DNA from: Protoeuglena noctilucae
Lineage: Eukaryota
Direction: 5' to 3'
DNA length: 64,000 nt
NCBI GenBank assembly: GCA_958009085.1
Contig: OY253683.1
Span: 744,001-808,000, forward strand
Shown here: positions 57,689 through 64,000 of the stretch, piece after piece
Position numbering within the stretch: position 1 is the first letter of the stretch
Layout of the letters: the number at the start of each line of letters is the position of its first letter
The notes under the pieces: model-generated
Told to the model about the DNA's origin: nothing
What the model saw: the letters and a program-made list of their open reading frames with translations, nothing else
The model's database searches: none
Translations under genes and position numbers: made by a program

Positions 57689-60600
57689 ATGACGGTGGCA
57701 GAGGACTCGGTGCCCAAGGCGGAGCCCTCGCACCCGGCGGGCCCCGATGCCGCGCGCCAGGTGCGATGGGAGAGAAGGCACTTGGTTGCTGCCGATAACT
57801 GACCGAAGCGGCGGAATTGTCCTCCCGCTTTTCGTCTTCGCGCAGAAGCGCGCCCAGCAGGGGCAGCGCAACGAGCGCTCGCGGCCGCCTCTCCCGTCCG
57901 ACCTGGCCAAGGCCGTCGAAGGCTACCAGGAGCACTTGCAGAACGGCGGTGGGCCAGCGCTCACGCAGGAGCAGGTGCGGGGCGGAGCGAGCTTTTGTTT
58001 TGTACCCGGAAGCTGCAGCCCGCGCTCCCGATGCGTGCGAGCTGGGTGCTGCAGGTTGTCACTTATCATCCTCATGTCGCCGCCTGCGCCCCGCGTGCGG
58101 ACCGTGCGCCGTGTATAGTGTCCCGAGGCGTGCTCCCCCAACTGTGCCTCACGCGCGCTAATTCCTGCGTCCTTTGCCCTCAGATCGAACGTGTCCAAGC
58201 GCAGCGAGTCATTCTAGAGCGCGGCGTGTACGGCGGGCGCACCGTGAGCCGCGAGATCGTCGGCGCGGCCTGCCCGCGCGAGGCGGGCGTGGTGGCGCCC
58301 CTTCTGGAGTCCCTGGCCGCGAAATTCGACAACGTGGAGACCGGTGAGTGTTTGTATATATAAAATGGCATATCAATAAACAATAGAAGCGCTCAGTCGG
58401 AGCGACACAGGGCCCGGAAGCGCGGGTTGGGACGATTGTTTGACAAAAGAAGCAGCTTGGTTGGCATTGCAATTAGCTTCCGCCCTCCGCCTGGCGCATC
58501 GAGATCGATGCGTGTTTCTCATTCCCGCAGACCGCATCGTCACGCGTCCCAGCAAGCCTCTGTACGGCGTGGTGGACGCGAAGGAGGGTGTGCCGGACGG
58601 CCCTTTGAAGCCCGTCTTAATTAACAACGCGGGGTACAAGGTGAGAGGCTTTCCTTGAGCGACGATACTAGTGTAGAAGATTACAATGCTGCGTCACCAC
58701 AGCACGCAACCCCACCCCCACTGCCACCCTTAACACGACCCCCACTGCCACCCCCAATGCCACCCCCGCAGCTCCTGCACCGCGAGCGTCTGCGCCGCCT
58801 ATCGCGCGCGCAACACCAGGCCCTGTCTCGCGCCATGGGCGTGCTGTCATTGGAAGCGGGGGGCAGTGTGGTGGGGGCGGGTGAGGGCGAGGGGGGTGGG
58901 CGAGTGGAGGGGGACGAGTGTGTGAGGAGGACCAAGGACGGACTCACCATGCGGGTGCCCGCGAGAGGGCTGCAGGTGACTTGTATGAGGGGGGCGTGGG
59001 ATGGAGTGGTGGGGTAGAGAGTGCGATGGGGTTTGCGATGGAGTGGGCTCACCATGCGCGTGCCCGTGAGGGGGCTGCAGGTGAGGATGCAATGAGGGAC
59101 TGTTTATCAAGGAGTGGGATGGGGTGGTGGGGTGTTAAGGGCGAGGATGAGATGAGGGTGGGGGTTGTCATGCGCGTGTGCCGGCAAGCCATCCTTTGAT
59201 GACACCAATCTGCATGCCAATCAATGCTGATAGTAATGATATATAGTAATATATACATTACCATTCCCAACCCTCGCAGTTCCGCTCCGACCCCACCCCC
59301 GAGAGCCGCCGTGTAGTGCCTGGATTTAAAGCGCCAGAGGAGGGCGGGGTGCCCATGGGGCTGCAGTGGCTGAAGCTGCGGATGCTGCGGCTGAGGGCGT
59401 GGCAGGAGGAGCTGAGGGGGGAAGTGGAGCGGCAGGTGAGAGTGGAACGGGGGGGGGGGTGAGGGGTGGGGTGTTGTGAGGGCGGCAGGTGAGGGTTGGA
59501 GTGGGGGTGGCAGGGGGAGCTGAGAGCAGGGGTGGAGAGGCAGGTGAGGGGTAGTGGAGGGGGGGTAAGAGAAGGGGCTGTGCACATCACCCTCCAATCC
59601 CTCACCCATCACGCTCACCCTCTCACCCTGTCACACCCCACTCCTCACCCTCCCTCACCCTCTCACCCCATACCTCACTCCTCTCACCTTCCTTACCCCC
59701 ATTCCCTTCCCCACCCCCTCCCCCCCAGTGTCGCCTGACGTTAGAGATCTGTCGGGGCAGCCGCGGGGGCATCATGGAGCAAAAGTGCTGGGCCCACGTG
59801 AAGGCCGCCGAGAGCTGGTGGGACCGGCAGCAAAGGACGAGGGAGAAGGAGATGGACCAGCAGGCGAGGATGATAAGAAATGATGGAATAATAATTATAA
59901 TCATTGTGTTGATCATCACAGTAATGATAATACCAATAATGAGCACAAGGAGGACGTCGACCGCAACGACCGCATCTTTTCATAAAATACATAATATATA
60001 ACATTACCATCTCACTTCATCTCCTTTTCTGCCCCCCCCTTCAGGCCCGCAAGCGTAAGGAGGAGATCGACCGTTGGCTGTCCTCCCGTCAAGAGCACGC
60101 CTCGTTCGCCCAATCCAAGCGCACGGTCATCAACCAGGCGGTGCAGAGGGCGCACGACAAGCTGCTCAGGGACGCGCCGCAGGGGGATAGGCTTAAGGTA
60201 AGAGAGGGGTTCATTTGTAAGTAAGGGTTAGGGTAATGAGTACATGAGTAATGAGTACATGTTTCGATTACATGTAGAGGGCGCACGACAAGCTGCAAGG
60301 GTAGCAGGGGGACAGGCTCAAGGTGAGGGGGGAGATGGGTTGTTATTGATGGTTATTGTCCTTTAAAATCTAGTGTCCAAATGTCACATTGATAGCACGT
60401 TGGTACTCATAGTGTTGATACTCTCATAGTAGTCATGCTATCTGATACTATCTACACTATGTATATCGATAATATACTTTTTTATTTTCCTCTCCCTCCC
60501 CAACCCCCAAGGCGGTGGACAAGGCCGAGTCTCAGTCTCATAGATATAGTATTGTGTTTTATTGCTTATCATTTCATGTTTCCCATTCTTCTCCCCCCCC

Positions 60601-63600
60601 CAGGCGGTAGACAAGGCCGAGTCGCAGGCCCAGCGCATGGAGGCGTTGAAGGCCAACGACATGGCCAAGTACCTGCAAATGCTGGTCGGACAGGGTTTGT
60701 CCCCAGAGGACCCCAGATACAGGGAGATAGCGGCTTTCGTGGAATCTACCGATCGATACCTGCATCGGCTGGCCACGCGGCTGTCGCAGTCCCGGATGCA
60801 GGAGCAGCTGAGGGAGATGGGGGCGGCGGCCATGAGGGACGCCAAGGTGAGGGGTGGGGGTGTAGGGGTGGCAGTGGGGGTGGCAGTGGGCATCAACAAC
60901 AGTAATCCAGTCATGATATCTATTTCCATAACCCCCCACCCCTTTATCGCAGCTCCGCGGCGCGACCGACGAGGACATCTCATCTAATATCTAACATCTA
61001 GTATATGTTACTCCATTTCCCCTCAATCCCCCTATTTGCAGCTCCGCGGCGCGACCGACGAGGAGGCGGCCGAGGCCCAGCGGGAGGCGGTGCACCGGGG
61101 GGCGGAGGAGCTGACGGAGATGAGCCGCATGCACACGGCGATCGGCAACGCGCAGACGCGGTACTACATGACGGCGCACGCGGTGGAGGAGGTGGTCAAG
61201 AGGCAGCCGGGGCTGCTGCGGCCGCCGCCGGGGGCCACCCTGCGCGAGTACCAGATGAAGGGGCTGCAGTGGCTGGTGTCGCTGTACAACAACCACCTGA
61301 ACGGCATCTTGGCGGATGAGGTGAGAGGGGTGGTTGTTGGGAGGGGTATAAAGTAGTGGATGCCAGTTGTCGGCAACAAACCCCCGATGTTACTGCTTTC
61401 CATTCGAAAGTGCACATTACTTTATCATACATGTTTACTGAATCATCACCCGTGTGCTGTCCGCAGATGGGCCTGGGCAAGACGGTGCAGGTCATGGCGC
61501 TGGTGAGGGGCAAGCTGTCGATGCCGACAAATGCAGTGGACTGATTCGAATGGGTTAGTGTATTGACATGACACATTGCGAATTGTAATAGTAACTACTT
61601 ACTGCAACGCCCAAACGCACCCCCTCAGATTGCAGGACTTATTTTTCTACTCAATACAACTCCTCAACAACCCCCCCCCCCAGATCGCGTACTTGATGGA
61701 GAACAAGGCCAACTACGGCCCCCACCTCATCATCGTGCCCAACGCGGTGATGGTGAACTGGAAGGCCGAGCTGCTGCAGTGGCTGCCTGGCATCAAGTGC
61801 GTCTTCTACGTCGGGTCGCCGGGAGCCAGGCAGGTCATGCTCACGCGGGACGTGGAGGTGAGTGCGAGGGTGCTAGGGCGGTTGGGATTGGGACTGGTGT
61901 GAGTGGGAGTGAGGGTGGCAGGTGCTGCAGTGCACTGTGACGGCTTTCCTCATGACTTCCATCTCTCCTTCACCTCGCTATATCCGCCTCGTTATCGCCA
62001 CCTCGTCACCTCCCCGCTCCGTCCCCGCCACGCAGCCGCTCCAGTTCAACGTGCTGGTGACGACGTACGAGTTCGCCATGAACGACCGGTCGCGGCTGTG
62101 CCGCGTGGACTGGAAGTACATCATCATCGACGAGGCGCAGCGGATGAAGGACCGCGAGTCGAAGCTGGCCAAGGACCTCGACAGGTTCAAGGCGTCGCGG
62201 AGGCTGCTGCTCACGGGTGAGGGCGGGGCAGAGGGCGGGAGCTGCGGGCAGCTGCGGTGGCGGCGCGAGGCGTTTTAGCAAGGACGCTTGTCGCTCTCTC
62301 TCCTTCTCTCGTGTTCCCGGAGCTTAGTACTGAATGTTAAGTAGAACACCGCACCGGAGGATAGCATAGCACGGCCCTTGTTCTGACCCAAGAAGGCCCG
62401 CCCTCCCGCTGCAGGCACGCCGCTGCAGAACGACCTGCAGGAGCTGTGGGCGCTGCTGAACCTGCTCCTGCCGAACGTGTTCGACGACCGGAACATCTTC
62501 ACGGACTGGTTCTCGCACGCCGGCGGGGGCGAGGGGGCCGCGGAGGACAACTGGGTCGAGAAGGAGAAGCGCATCCTGGTCGTGCAGCGGCTGCACCAGA
62601 TCCTGGAGCCCTTCATGCTCAGGCGAGCCGGCGCGGACGTTTATGATCCAAATGCAAACCGGCGCGCGGGCGGGCGGGCCGCAGGTCGCGGCCGGGAGCC
62701 AGCTGCACTTGGGCCCGCTCCCGGCCCACCCTGCGAGCTTGCAGGTTGTGGGCTCGTCTGGCGGGCCCATTTCCCTTTGCTGCGGCTTTTTAGACATTTT
62801 ATTCGTCCACGCGCATCGATTTGAGTCCGCTCGGCCGCTTCTTACGGGATGTTGAGAACAGCGCGTTCTTTGCGTATTTTGGTTTTTTGCAGGCGTCAGG
62901 TGGAGGACGTGGAGAAGAAGCTGCCCCCGAAGATTGCCGTGGTCGTCAAGGTCCCGCTCAGCGCCCTGCAGTCGAAGGTCTACGAGTGGGTCCGCGCCAC
63001 GGGTGAGGACTTGGTTGCTTTCGTGCGACGGGGTGCGGGGCCAGGTCAAGACTGATGCGCCTGCGATATATATGCAGCATGTCCCTGTGCGTTTCGCTCG
63101 CAGGGACGCGCCGCTGCGACCCGCTCAGCTACGACTACGAAAAGGCGCAGCGGCACGGCAAGAACTACACGAGCCTGCGGAACCGGTGAGGGTTTCGAGG
63201 CCGTGGGGAGACTTGCGAACCTAGTACTGAGTGTTTTGCTTCTTATAGAGTCAGTTTCAAGTTAAGTTCTCATGATCTTCGCCGGATCTGATCACGAGTG
63301 CCCTCCGCATCGCCTCCCCGCAGTATGGTGGAGCTGCGCAAGATCGTGAACCACCCCCTGCTGTGCTACCCCGACCAGTACGACGTGGAGGCGGTGGGGG
63401 TGGGGCCCAGCATCGTGAGGAGCTGCGGGAAGTTCTGGGTGCTCGACCGGCTGCTGGTGAGAGCTGCTTAGTTGGACGTGGTGTTAGTACGACGTTAATA
63501 TCGTCATCATCATGCTACCATCGTCACTTTCGATGAGGGCAACATAGATCATCATTAATCGCTATTCTGTCCCAGGTCAAGTTCTTCAAGACGGGCCACC

Positions 63601-64000
63601 GCGTGCTCCTCTTCACCACCATGACCAGCGTGAGTGTGCTTGTCGCGTCTTTGTTATTACGCATTGATGTGTAGCGTTCTTCAGCTATGTTTGCGATCGA
63701 GTACTGCCATCTAACTGTTACCATACTTACCATATCAATCATATTACTTTCATATTCGCAGTTACTGGACGCGATCGAGTATTACCTCAAGTGGCGCCGC
63801 GTGGACGGGCGCTCCATGCGCTACCGGCGCCTCGACGGCGGCACGGCTTTGGAGTCCCGCGAAGATTCCATCAAGGCGTTCAACGCCCCCGATTCCGACA
63901 TCTTCATATTCCTGCTTTCCATCCGTGCGGCCGGGAGGGGCCTCAACTTGCAGACGGCTGATACGGTCATTATCTACGACCCCGACCCCAACCCCAAGAA
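57689..64000 (+). CDS. BRM: SWI2/SNF2 chromatin-remodelling ATPase, BRAHMA-like (continues beyond window)
   Basis: [97 protein letters not shown] (BRM-type). Confidence 0.93.

Overview
GC-rich eukaryotic nuclear DNA, most likely a flagellated green alga (chlorophyte-type). The evidence is spliceosomal introns, nuclear-encoded plastid proteins (L15, Ycf37/CGL71, PSA3, RSH), plant-type MSH1 and BRAHMA, and a dynein-2 subunit. About 20 intron-containing genes were reconstructed by manual splicing; most ORFs in the supplied track are GC-driven shadows. No RNA genes, CRISPR arrays or transposases were recognised. Main observations: (1) a probable bicistronic gluconokinase-COQ2 locus with a 6-nt in-frame spacer, where ORF1 has no internal ATG in any frame; (2) about 20 'junction echoes', i.e. 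20-60 nt copies of exon ends with their splice site, sitting mostly 90-130 nt inside the adjacent intron of the long genes; (3) a plastid RelA/SpoT protein fusing a synthetase, two EF-hands, an FHA domain and TPR/HAT repeats; (4) frequent GC-AG introns and G-rich-5'/C-rich-3' fold-back introns; (5) a 101-aa secreted EF-hand/Cys protein missed by the ORF track. All family calls are by motif recognition, not database search. Gene starts are approximate where stated.
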